A stretch of 64,000 nt of DNA, taken from assembly GCA_019912545.1 (NCBI GenBank), contig JAIOIK010000147.1:7747-71746 (forward strand), in the 5' to 3' direction. This document shows, one piece after another, positions 1 to 9,092 of the stretch. This DNA comes from Ignavibacteria bacterium. GTDB taxonomy: Bacteria; Bacteroidota; Ignavibacteria; Tepidaquicellales; OLB5. The translations under genes were made by a program, and so were the position numbers. Under the pieces are notes generated by a model. That model saw nothing but the letters and a program-made list of their open reading frames with translations, was not told the origin of the DNA and searched no databases. Numbering within the stretch: the stretch's first letter is position 1; each line of letters starts with the position of its first letter.

Positions 1-428
1 GAACTCAATTCTATCAAAAAACCAATCAAAAAGTCTCGTCATATTTCGTAAATATGTATAATATAGAGTAGTTTATCAATTCAATAAAAAGGCATAATAT
101 TTCTGCAATGCTGATAATGCCCCTTGGAAATACAATTGCCTGTTTCCCGTTTATTTGAATCAGATTCGATTTTAATTAAAGCATTGCAAAAATTCAAATT
201 TATTTTTAGATTATATTAAATAAAGGTAAAATTTGCTTCTTATTATGAGATGAGAATACATCGTTCATTTTTTTATGCCCTCTTTATATCTGAAAATATT
301 CAATTGTTGTGTTGTTCTATGCTGTCAGGCAGTGATACATGGGGGGTATGAAATGAGACTAACTACTTTTGTTAATTTGGGTGTGCGATATGAATATTTT
401 CAATTGTAAAAATTAAACATTTAATAAA

Positions 429-2240
429 ATGAAAACAAAATTATTAATTTCGTTCATCGCTGTTCTTACCCTGAATTTATCCTTATTGGCCGGTGATAGA
501 GGTCTCTTAAAGTATGACAAGAATGTCAGACAGCAGGATGCATTTGCTGAAAAATCATATATTCCTTACAATGTAAACCCGGAGTCGATCGTATTTGTTG
601 CTCAGCTGGCAGATGGCTTTGAGACAGATAGCTTATCTGTTGGACCTGAGATAAGTACGCTCATAACCGGATTTTATGATTACAAGACAAACGGAGAATC
701 TAATATTTATATACAGGTTAGCCCAACTAATTCGGAAGTAGTTCAGGTGATCGATGTTCAGGCTGATTCACTTGATTTCGCCGGATCAACTACGAGGAGA
801 ACAAAATATTCGTTTACAACTAACGGCGGCCAGTCATGGGATTTCAATGTCGATGTTCCAGAAGTAAGATCCGGATTTGGCGTACTTCATTTAACAAGCA
901 CAGGTGCCGCCGTAATTTCAAATCATAGTACAAATGTCGGTGGAGTATTAGATGCAAATTTGTATGTTGATATTGACGCACTGGCTGGTACTTTTACCGA
1001 ATATGGTCATCCAACTCATAGCCCGTTCGGTATATGGCCTCAGATTGCATTATTGAGCAACGGTAATATTGGGTTAATATCAAGAAGAAATGTATCAACA
1101 ACAGCTCCACCTGAAACACTCTATTATTCATATTGGAATCAAACAGTTTTGAGTACGAGGATTCCGTTATACATCACAGGCACAACATATGCGGGAAATG
1201 TTGGCAGCAATATGCGTTTCCATTTAGCATCAAACGGTGCAGGAAGAGTTACCGCAATAATTGCCCCCGTGAACCAGATAGATACACTTGATAACAGCAT
1301 GATCTTTCAGCGTACATCAATAGATGATGGTGCAAACTGGGGCCCGGTAACACCAGTTTTCAGGCCATATACTGTAAATGGAGATCAGGATACTGTAGCC
1401 TCTGCAGGAGGTTCAGGTTTTATTTACAAAAAAAATTCTGATATGTGGTTTTTAGCTTATCCGATAACAACGGATAATCTGTATGAACAAGCAAGGCTTG
1501 TTGTTACCAGAAGTGACGGCAATACATCTATTGTTGCAACGGCTGCCCAACTTGGCGCTACTGCAAGTTATGCCCAAAGTATGTCTTTTGTATTCAATAT
1601 TGATTTTCCGTCAATGGGATGGTCTGCTGACGGCAGCACGTTGTATTGTGTTTACAGTGTAACAATGCCTGATACTTCGCGCGGTTATAATCAAAGAGAT
1701 ATCTTTTGCAGCTATTCTTTGGATAACGCAGCAACATGGTCAAACCCGATCAGAATTACAAATACGACCGATATTGATGAAACGTATCCATCGGTTTCAT
1801 TCTGGAATCCAGGCACTCCCGGCAATCCATATGAATTGCACATTACATATATGAAAGATCCCGGCGTCGGTCCTTCTTCTTTTGGCGGCTCCGCTCCTGC
1901 TACCAGGAATACGCTGATATACAGAAAAATGGCAGCATTACCGCCAATTGGAATTATTAACAACCAGAATTTACTTAAAGAGTACCGTTTAACGCAGAAT
2001 TATCCGAATCCTTTTAACCCATCAACCAAAATTGAGTATAACATTATCAAATCCGGACTTGTCACGCTCAAAGTATACGATGTACTCGGACGTGAAGTAA
2101 GAACACTTGTTAATGAAGTACAAACCTCAGGTGTTAAAGAAATTGAATTTAATGCGGCTGCTTTGCCTAGCGGCATATATTTTTATACTTTAAGTGCAGG
2201 CGATTTTACAAACACAAAGAAGATGATTCTAATTAAATAA
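429..2240 (+). CDS. Secreted BNR/Asp-box (sialidase-like beta-propeller) repeat protein with T9SS type-A C-terminal sorting domain, paralog 1
   Basis: N-terminal signal peptide (MKTKLLISFIAVLTLNLSLLAG). Asp-box-like motifs TTNGGQSW, SIDDGANW, SLDNAATW. C-terminal tail LTQNYPNPFNPSTKIEY...GIYFYTLSAGDFTNTKKMILIK is typical of T9SS cargo. Confidence 0.75.
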   Translation: MKTKLLISFIAVLTLNLSLLAGDRGLLKYDKNVRQQDAFAEKSYIPYNVNPESIVFVAQLADGFETDSLSVGPEISTLITGFYDYKTNGESNIYIQVSPTNSEVVQVIDVQADSLDFAGSTTRRTKYSFTTNGGQSWDFNVDVPEVRSGFGVLHLTSTGAAVISNHSTNVGGVLDANLYVDIDALAGTFTEYGHPTHSPFGIWPQIALLSNGNIGLISRRNVSTTAPPETLYYSYWNQTVLSTRIPLYITGTTYAGNVGSNMRFHLASNGAGRVTAIIAPVNQIDTLDNSMIFQRTSIDDGANWGPVTPVFRPYTVNGDQDTVASAGGSGFIYKKNSDMWFLAYPITTDNLYEQARLVVTRSDGNTSIVATAAQLGATASYAQSMSFVFNIDFPSMGWSADGSTLYCVYSVTMPDTSRGYNQRDIFCSYSLDNAATWSNPIRITNTTDIDETYPSVSFWNPGTPGNPYELHITYMKDPGVGPSSFGGSAPATRNTLIYRKMAALPPIGIINNQNLLKEYRLTQNYPNPFNPSTKIEYNIIKSGLVTLKVYDVLGREVRTLVNEVQTSGVKEIEFNAAALPSGIYFYTLSAGDFTNTKKMILIK

Positions 2241-2272
2241 ATATCATTTATAAATTAACGAAAGGAATTAAA

Positions 2273-4045
2273 TTGAATAAAATATTTCTTATCTTGTTGC
2301 TCCTCATTTTTAATATTGTAGTGTTTGCCGGTGGTCATCAGGGCCTCAGGGACAAAACACAAGAAAACGGACAGTCAACAATCCTCAACAGGAATGTTAA
2401 CCCAGTTGCTTTTACCCGGGCTGCTGCAATTGATACTTCTTTGAAAGTACCCGGCATGACAACATGGTGGGACTACCAGACAAACGGACAAAACCAGAGA
2501 ATGCTTGTGGTCTTGGGTGATACCGTTATTGTGGCTGTTCAATTTTCAGATTCAACCAATGCACAGATCTCTGCGGGCAGAACTGCACTTTACCAGGTTA
2601 GTTTTGACGGCGGTTTAACATGGCTTACAGATCCTGTTGTTGTTGCACCGCAGCCGCTTGGCGGAGCTTATCCGGATATTTGGCCAGTTGTGCTAAACGG
2701 AACCAGAACTATCACAATTTCCGGAAGGCAGTTTTCATCGGGAAGCAAAGGGTATGCGGGTGTTGATGTTCAGCTCACTGCAGGTTCGGTAACTACTAAT
2801 ATTGTTCCGCAGCCGGGATCTGATTTCTTTTCATGTCTGTTAAGCGGTACAAAAATTGGCGGTGTTTACCAGTCTGGTGATACATTATTTTTCAGAAAGT
2901 ATGATTACTCTACAAACACTTATGATAGCAGGCTGATGCTGGCATTACCAACTGCTGAAATCGATGCAAACGGAAGAAAAGCAATTGCTTCTTCAACCGA
3001 TGGACAGAATGTTTTTGCTATGTGGTATGTTTCAACTGCAGGCGTAGAAAAGCTTGCCGGCAAACTTTCAACTGATGGCGGCAATACTTTTGGCGCAATG
3101 ACAACAGTTATGCCTACAACTTTTGTTGCAAATGGCGATGAAACATCTCCATGGTTCGGTATGGATTTAACTTACAAACCAAATTCAAGCACAGTTGTAG
3201 CAGCATGGTGCACGCAGCCGGTATCAAGCGTTAAAGGATATAAGATCCTTTCATGGTCGCCCGGTGTAAATGGCGGAAATCCTGTTGTTGTTGCTGATCA
3301 CACAAACATGCCTGTACTTGGCGATACTGCCTGGGTATTCAATTCAACTGCCGTAATACAGGTAGGTATGACTTACATTTCACATCCAACACTTGCATAT
3401 TCAGAAGATGGATCGACACTTGCATGTGTATTCTCTTCAGTACAAAAGGATAGTATTGTTTATCCAGCACCTATAACATTACTTTACAATGATGTATATA
3501 TCAGTTATTCTTCAAATGACGGCTCAACGTGGTCGACACCAAAGATGATCTCGAGTTGTACTGTTGATGGTGATGAAATATACCCCGTTCTATCAAAGAC
3601 AGGAAATACAACAGGTAACTTTGGATTGCTCTATTATCTATCAGCATATCCGGGGTCATCAAGCTTTTCACAGACAACTGCACCAGTTTCAAGGACCTAT
3701 CCAATTTACACTAGGGTTAATCCTGTAACAGGAAACACTATTCCTATTGGTATCAATACAATTTCAATTGAAATACCTGAGAGGTTCTCACTGGCTCAGA
3801 ATTATCCCAATCCGTTCAATCCTTCAACTACGATCAGATTCCAGCTTTCGAAAGCTTCAACAGTTAATATCAAGATCTTTGATGTAACAGGCAGAGAGAT
3901 AGAAAGCATCGTTAAGGGAGAAATGGTACAGGCAGGAACCCACGAAGTGAAATTTGATGCATCTAAATTTGCAAGTGGTGTATATTTTTATTCATTAGAA
4001 GCAGATAATTTCAAAGAAACAAAGAAAATGATGCTTGTGAAATAA
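2273..4045 (+). CDS. Secreted BNR/Asp-box repeat protein with T9SS C-terminal sorting domain, paralog 2
   Basis: TTG start and signal peptide. Asp-boxes SFDGGLTW, STDGGNTF, SSNDGSTW. Tail LAQNYPNPFNPSTTIRF...GVYFYSLEADNFKETKKMMLVK. Colinear similarity to the 4254 paralog (GDTVIV, NAQ, GRQF, GVDVQL blocks). Confidence 0.75.
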   Translation: MNKIFLILLLLIFNIVVFAGGHQGLRDKTQENGQSTILNRNVNPVAFTRAAAIDTSLKVPGMTTWWDYQTNGQNQRMLVVLGDTVIVAVQFSDSTNAQISAGRTALYQVSFDGGLTWLTDPVVVAPQPLGGAYPDIWPVVLNGTRTITISGRQFSSGSKGYAGVDVQLTAGSVTTNIVPQPGSDFFSCLLSGTKIGGVYQSGDTLFFRKYDYSTNTYDSRLMLALPTAEIDANGRKAIASSTDGQNVFAMWYVSTAGVEKLAGKLSTDGGNTFGAMTTVMPTTFVANGDETSPWFGMDLTYKPNSSTVVAAWCTQPVSSVKGYKILSWSPGVNGGNPVVVADHTNMPVLGDTAWVFNSTAVIQVGMTYISHPTLAYSEDGSTLACVFSSVQKDSIVYPAPITLLYNDVYISYSSNDGSTWSTPKMISSCTVDGDEIYPVLSKTGNTTGNFGLLYYLSAYPGSSSFSQTTAPVSRTYPIYTRVNPVTGNTIPIGINTISIEIPERFSLAQNYPNPFNPSTTIRFQLSKASTVNIKIFDVTGREIESIVKGEMVQAGTHEVKFDASKFASGVYFYSLEADNFKETKKMMLVK

Positions 4046-4058
4046 GCATGAAAATGAA

Positions 4059-4090
4059 AGGGGCAAATGTAGAGTTTGCCCCTCTTTTTA
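4059..4090 (+). terminator. Rho-independent terminator after BNR paralog 2
   Basis: 9-bp stem AGGGGCAAA (4059-4067) / TTTGCCCCT (4075-4083), followed by CTTTTTA. Confidence 0.6.
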
Positions 4091-4170
4091 TGCATTATCC
4101 ATAGGCCACTTTTTATGTTGTAAATTAAAATGTTTGTATAATAAACACTTAATAATTTCTTAAAATATAC

Positions 4171-4199
4171 TTGACTTCATAAGATATTTCAATTATATT
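4171..4199 (+). promoter_or_regulatory. Candidate sigma70-like promoter for BNR paralog 3
   Basis: TTGACT (4171-4176), 17-nt spacer, TATATT (4194-4199), about 55 nt upstream of the 4254 ATG. It is unknown whether this lineage uses this consensus. Confidence 0.35.
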
Positions 4200-4253
4200 T
4201 ATTTAGAATTATTAAAAAAAACAACAAATATTAACTAAACGAAAGGCAGTGAA

Positions 4254-6026
4254 ATGAAAAGATTGATTCTGTTTGTCGTTGGGGTTTCATTTATCGCAGC
4301 AATGTTCTATAATGTCGATGGACCAAAAAAGTTCAGCAATGCAAAGGAAACAGGAAGTAATGTAATTGATTCAAAAACTTCATCAACATATAGGCCTTCC
4401 GGTGTAGTTGATACTACCGGCAGGGTTTTCGGAATGAATGGTTACTATGACTATGTTACTAATGGAAATAACCTTCACAGGATTTGGGTTAGCGGTGATA
4501 CAGTTATCGTGACATCTGATCAGACTGACTCGGTTAACGCACAACTTTCAACTGCCAGGAAATCATACTATCAATATACTTTTGATAATGGTGTAACCTG
4601 GGGAACAGGCGACGCAGTTTTGGTTAACCCCGATGGAAATGCTTATCCTGATCTACACCCAATGATAGTTAATGGCTCAAGAACTCCTGTTTTAACAGGA
4701 AGACAGTTTGTATCCGGTGCAAGAAGAGGTTATACCGGAGTTGATGTTCAGCTTGGTGCCGGTTCTTTTACAAACACTTTAGTGCCAACAGGTGCAGGAA
4801 GTGATAATTTTGGCTGGCCTGTAAGTGCAACTGAGGTTGCTTGTGCATGGCTTGGCGGCGGTACTGCCGATACTATTTATTTTGCAAAATTTGATGTTAC
4901 TACTAATACTTATGGTGCAGTTACAGTATTATTTACTGGAGTGCCTGCGAACGCAAGGTCTTACACTGCTTCAAATGGAAACGGAAAAATTGCAGTGGGA
5001 TATTGGTTTGCAACGGCACCTACTAAGTTAATTTATAGAGAGTCTACAAACGGTGGTACATCATTTGGTGCTGAAGTAACCGCATTTACCGAAGGGACTG
5101 TTGTTAACGGAACTGCGGTTGCTCCCTGGTTTAACGATGATATGATCTATAGCCCAAGCGGTAATCTTTGCTGGGCTTTCGGAACATTAGAGACAGGCAA
5201 TTTTGGTACTATTCGTGGTTCCAAGCTGATGTTCTATAATCCTGCAGTTAATGGCGGAACTGCTGTTACAATTGCAGATTATCTGAACTACCCTCCGATG
5301 GCAGATACAAATGTATTTGGAAATGCTATTAGAAATACTCAGGTAGGGTTTACTTTTATGTCACATCCAAGCTTGGCTTATTCGTCTGATGGCTCTAGAC
5401 TTTTTGTGGTCTATCATGGAGTTCAGCTTGATACTGTTAACAGTTCAAGTTATAGTGGTGATGGTTCTTACAACTATAACGATATATATGTACAGTATTC
5501 AGATGACAACGGCGCAACATGGAGCGCTCCGCGTAACTTGACAAATACTGCAGATCTTGATGAGATATATCCATCAGTTTCACTTGTCGGCTGCACAACT
5601 TCTGCAATTTCGATCACTTATCAGCTTTCCGAGTGCCCGGGTTGCACAAGCTTTACAAATACAACAACACCAACTTGCCCTGTTTGGCAGATTTACAGGA
5701 AATATAATCCTGAGACAGGTGTAATAATTGGCATAAGTAATGTGTCAAATGAGGTACCAAGCGGATTTTCGTTAAATCAGAATTACCCGAATCCGTTTAA
5801 CCCCAATACAAAGATCAGGTTTTCAGTTCCAAAGGCAAGTAATGTAACACTTCTTGTCTATGATATAACCGGAAAACTTGTAGCTACATTGGCAAATAAT
5901 CAAGCAGTAACTGCCGGAACAAAAGAAGTAGAATTCTCAGCTTCAAATCTTGCAAGCGGAATTTACTTCTATACTTTAAAAGCCGGTGAATTTACTGAAA
6001 CTAAAAAAATGATACTTGTAAAATAA
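4254..6026 (+). CDS. Secreted BNR/Asp-box repeat protein with T9SS C-terminal sorting domain, paralog 3
   Basis: Signal/TM N-terminus. Asp-boxes TFDNGVTW, STNGGTSF, SDDNGATW. Tail LNQNYPNPFNPNTKIRF...GIYFYTLKAGEFTETKKMILVK. Same length (590 aa) as paralog 2. Confidence 0.75.
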   Translation: MKRLILFVVGVSFIAAMFYNVDGPKKFSNAKETGSNVIDSKTSSTYRPSGVVDTTGRVFGMNGYYDYVTNGNNLHRIWVSGDTVIVTSDQTDSVNAQLSTARKSYYQYTFDNGVTWGTGDAVLVNPDGNAYPDLHPMIVNGSRTPVLTGRQFVSGARRGYTGVDVQLGAGSFTNTLVPTGAGSDNFGWPVSATEVACAWLGGGTADTIYFAKFDVTTNTYGAVTVLFTGVPANARSYTASNGNGKIAVGYWFATAPTKLIYRESTNGGTSFGAEVTAFTEGTVVNGTAVAPWFNDDMIYSPSGNLCWAFGTLETGNFGTIRGSKLMFYNPAVNGGTAVTIADYLNYPPMADTNVFGNAIRNTQVGFTFMSHPSLAYSSDGSRLFVVYHGVQLDTVNSSSYSGDGSYNYNDIYVQYSDDNGATWSAPRNLTNTADLDEIYPSVSLVGCTTSAISITYQLSECPGCTSFTNTTTPTCPVWQIYRKYNPETGVIIGISNVSNEVPSGFSLNQNYPNPFNPNTKIRFSVPKASNVTLLVYDITGKLVATLANNQAVTAGTKEVEFSASNLASGIYFYTLKAGEFTETKKMILVK

Positions 6027-6042
6027 TCTTAATTTAGAAGTC

Positions 6043-6077
6043 AGCCCTGGTTAATCTGATTAGCCGGGGCTTTCTTT
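6043..6077 (+). terminator. Probable Rho-independent terminator after BNR paralog 3
   Basis: Stem AGCCCTGG (6043-6050) / CCGGGGCT (6064-6071) with one U-G wobble and a 13-nt loop, then TTCTTT. Confidence 0.45.
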
Positions 6078-6102
6078 GAATAATAAATCGGAGGTAATAT
6101 AA

Positions 6103-9072
6103 ATGAGGCTATTTAACCATTTCTTTTTAGCCCTTCTTCTAATTCTTGCGCTTAAAGTTACGGATTCGTTAAGTTCCGGCCTTGAATTCTATGGCACTAC
6201 CGGAAAAATAACCGGTATAGTCAAAGATGACAAGGGCGAGCTGCTTATCGGAGCCAGGGTTGAAATTGAGGGTACTCAATTCCGCTCAGGAACGGATGAA
6301 AGCGGTCAATATGCAATTTTGAACGTACCCGTTGGCACATATTCAGTTAAATGTTCGTATGTCGGATTTGAATCCCAGATCCAGCAGGATGTAAAAGTAA
6401 GTGCCGATGTGACTTCAGAAATTAATTTTACAATGACACAAGGTGGCGTTGTACTTGATACTACAGTTATTATAGCAAAACGCAAAACCGTGGATAATGG
6501 TAGCGGAAAGATCATCAATTCACAGACAATTGATGAGGGTGGAATCAGGGGAATTGAAAATATTGTTGCAAAAACGAGTGGAATTGTTCAGGATGAAAAA
6601 GGCCAGAATATTAATATCCGCGGCGGCAGAGACGGCGAAACACAAATAATTATTGATGGTATTGTAACAAACAATCCGCTTGATAGAACTTCCACTGCAA
6701 ATGTTTCTAATGGTGCATTGCAGGAGCTTGCTGTCTTAACCGGCGGTTTCAGCGCAGAATATGGAAACGTTCTCAGTGGCGTAATAAACGTTACAACTAA
6801 ATCAGCAACTACAAAATTTTCAGGCGCAGTTGATATGGTATCAGATTTTATTGCTGGTAAAAGATCGCAGGGATACAATATATACAGTGTTAGCTTAGGC
6901 GGACCTGTTATACCTACAAAGAAACTGGCTAAATACTGGAGTGTATTCGGTAATTTTGAAAGACAATATTTCCTGGTTGATCAGCCTGTAAGCACAGATG
7001 TTGCTAAGCTATGGTCTGAGGACGGCATTTTGCCAAATTTCTCAAGAGACGGGTATTCATGGACAGGTAAGACAATTATAAGCATCGATGAAATGACAAA
7101 GGGTAAGATAAAGATAAACCTGACTGCAGGATACAGTGGAAACATCGAAAGATCAAGGCAGTGGGTAGGTTCTTTTGGTCTCTTCAATTCATATATGAAT
7201 CCCAAGATTAGAGATGAGAACCAGCAGGGTTTCTTTAAGATAAACCAATTGTTCGGTTCAAAGACTTTCTATGACCTTCAGGCTTCGTACTTAAGGTCAA
7301 CTTCAACCGGCTCTCCGGGCTTGTTCAGCATGGATGAAAGCTATAAAGGTCTCACTAATGGCTGGACATATCCATGGTATCTGGCAATTGGTGATACAAA
7401 CGTCATCCCGGGTCTTAGCGGTAACGGGAGTTCAATTTCAAATAATGTAAATTATGGTGTATTCAGAAATCCATATGACCTTGCCGGAATATCCGCGTTT
7501 TCCGGTAATATATTCGGAAAAAGGAAAACAGATCAGCTTGCTTTTAATCTGAATTTCACTCACCAGGTGTTAACTAAGAAATTTGGAAACCATGAATTAA
7601 AATTTGGCGGAGAATACAAGCAGTATAAGATCAGGATGTATGATGTAAATCCGCTTTCTTATTCAACAATTAATTACAACAAATATAGTGATTCATCCGG
7701 TTTTGTTGTAAGTACTCCGGTTATATCGGATGATGATGGTAATGCAGCATTCCTGAATGCGTTCGGGTATGACCCGTTTGGTGTCGAGTCCGATGTTGAT
7801 TATTTAGACGCTCAGGGCAATAATGTCACTGAAGGTCCATTGAAACCAAGAGTAGGAGCATTTTATTTTCTTGATAAAATGGAGTTCAGTTATTTTAATA
7901 CAAATATAGGCGTAAGGGTTGACTATCTTGATCCTAATACTACGGTACCTATAGATTACCGGAATTTAAAGGGTTCTGATGGCCAATTTACTTTTGCCGA
8001 TTATAAAAAAGTAGAGAAGACAATAATTGTAAGCCCGAGACTAGGGTTCTCGTTCCCGATAACTGATAAAACTGTTTTCCATGCACAATACGGTAAATTT
8101 GTTCAGCTGCCAGCATTGGAGAATCTTTACACAAATCAAAGGGTACTGCGTGATCTTGCTGATGGCGGTGTAGGATACTTTACGATATTTAATAACCCGC
8201 TGCTTAAGCCTGAAAAGACAACGGCTTATGAATTGGGTGTTAAGCACACTGCGGGGGAATACCTGACATTAGGATTAACTGCATATTACAAAGAGACATC
8301 AGACCTTATCCAGGCAAGGAATATAAAGGCATATGACCTTTCTTACGGCTTCGCAATTTATGATAACGGTGATTTCGGTATTATAAGAGGATTAGATTTC
8401 AGTCTTGACCTCAGAAGGATAAACAGGTTAAGAGCTTCTGTTTCTTATGGACTCGCTTTTGCATCAGGAACAGGTTCGGATATCAACACATTAAGCAATG
8501 TTGCTTATAACGGTGATGAACCGCCGAAACTTCCGAATGCACTTGATTACGATCAGAGGCACACGGGTGCTGTTGAGCTTGATTACAGGTGGGGAACCGA
8601 AGATGTGCCCAAAGGATTCTGGGGCGGGGTACTTTCAAGGCTTGGTATTAATGTATTGTTCAGTTTCAATTCAGGAAGGCCCTATACTCCACAAAACAAT
8701 GCAACAGATCCTTTGGCAGTGGTTTCAGGATTGCAGGGAAACCAGCCAATTGCACCGATCAATTCAGCATATTACCCATGGAATTATAAACTTGATCTGA
8801 AAATAGACAAATCAGTGAAGATATTTGATAAGCTGAATGCTAATATTTATTTATTAGTATTGAATGCTCTGGATCAGGAATTGATAAATGCTGTTTTTGA
8901 AGGTTCAGGTGAACCTGGTTATACGGGATGGCTTGATAGTTTTCCCGGAAAGCAATGGGCTCAGCAGAATGGACCCGAAGCTGTAAGGCTTTATAATATC
9001 AGATCACATGCGATTAACAACTATGGCCCGCCAAGACAAGTAAGGCTCGGACTTAGATTATTTTTTAATTAA
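6103..9072 (+). CDS. TonB-dependent-receptor-type outer-membrane barrel with N-terminal carboxypeptidase-regulatory-like domain and plug
   Basis: Signal peptide. GKITGIVKDDKGELLIGARVEIEGT...GQYAILNVPVGTYSVKCSYVGFES matches the CarboxypepD_reg-like fold signature. Plug-like block INIRGGRDGETQIIIDGI...GGFSAEYGNVLSGVINVTTK. 989 aa with a C-terminal aromatic-rich barrel end (LGLRLFFN). Confidence 0.8.
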   Translation: MRLFNHFFLALLLILALKVTDSLSSGLEFYGTTGKITGIVKDDKGELLIGARVEIEGTQFRSGTDESGQYAILNVPVGTYSVKCSYVGFESQIQQDVKVSADVTSEINFTMTQGGVVLDTTVIIAKRKTVDNGSGKIINSQTIDEGGIRGIENIVAKTSGIVQDEKGQNINIRGGRDGETQIIIDGIVTNNPLDRTSTANVSNGALQELAVLTGGFSAEYGNVLSGVINVTTKSATTKFSGAVDMVSDFIAGKRSQGYNIYSVSLGGPVIPTKKLAKYWSVFGNFERQYFLVDQPVSTDVAKLWSEDGILPNFSRDGYSWTGKTIISIDEMTKGKIKINLTAGYSGNIERSRQWVGSFGLFNSYMNPKIRDENQQGFFKINQLFGSKTFYDLQASYLRSTSTGSPGLFSMDESYKGLTNGWTYPWYLAIGDTNVIPGLSGNGSSISNNVNYGVFRNPYDLAGISAFSGNIFGKRKTDQLAFNLNFTHQVLTKKFGNHELKFGGEYKQYKIRMYDVNPLSYSTINYNKYSDSSGFVVSTPVISDDDGNAAFLNAFGYDPFGVESDVDYLDAQGNNVTEGPLKPRVGAFYFLDKMEFSYFNTNIGVRVDYLDPNTTVPIDYRNLKGSDGQFTFADYKKVEKTIIVSPRLGFSFPITDKTVFHAQYGKFVQLPALENLYTNQRVLRDLADGGVGYFTIFNNPLLKPEKTTAYELGVKHTAGEYLTLGLTAYYKETSDLIQARNIKAYDLSYGFAIYDNGDFGIIRGLDFSLDLRRINRLRASVSYGLAFASGTGSDINTLSNVAYNGDEPPKLPNALDYDQRHTGAVELDYRWGTEDVPKGFWGGVLSRLGINVLFSFNSGRPYTPQNNATDPLAVVSGLQGNQPIAPINSAYYPWNYKLDLKIDKSVKIFDKLNANIYLLVLNALDQELINAVFEGSGEPGYTGWLDSFPGKQWAQQNGPEAVRLYNIRSHAINNYGPPRQVRLGLRLFFN

Positions 9073-9092
9073 ACTCGGGAAATAATTAGACT

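Noticed and set aside
1-42. Possible 5-prime end of a minus-strand gene (ATG at 42-40, MTRLFDWFFDRIEF...) running off the window
   Set aside because: Only 14 codons are visible, which is too short to support a call.
1-428. Regulatory or RNA element upstream of the first BNR gene
   Set aside because: I found only weak, imperfect inverted repeats (GGCATAAT...ATAATGCC) and a poor promoter match (TTGTTA-N17-GAATAT). Nothing is convincing.
6027-6102. Riboswitch upstream of the TonB-type receptor gene
   Set aside because: The leader is only 76 nt and mostly occupied by the upstream terminator hairpin. No conserved riboswitch core was recognised.
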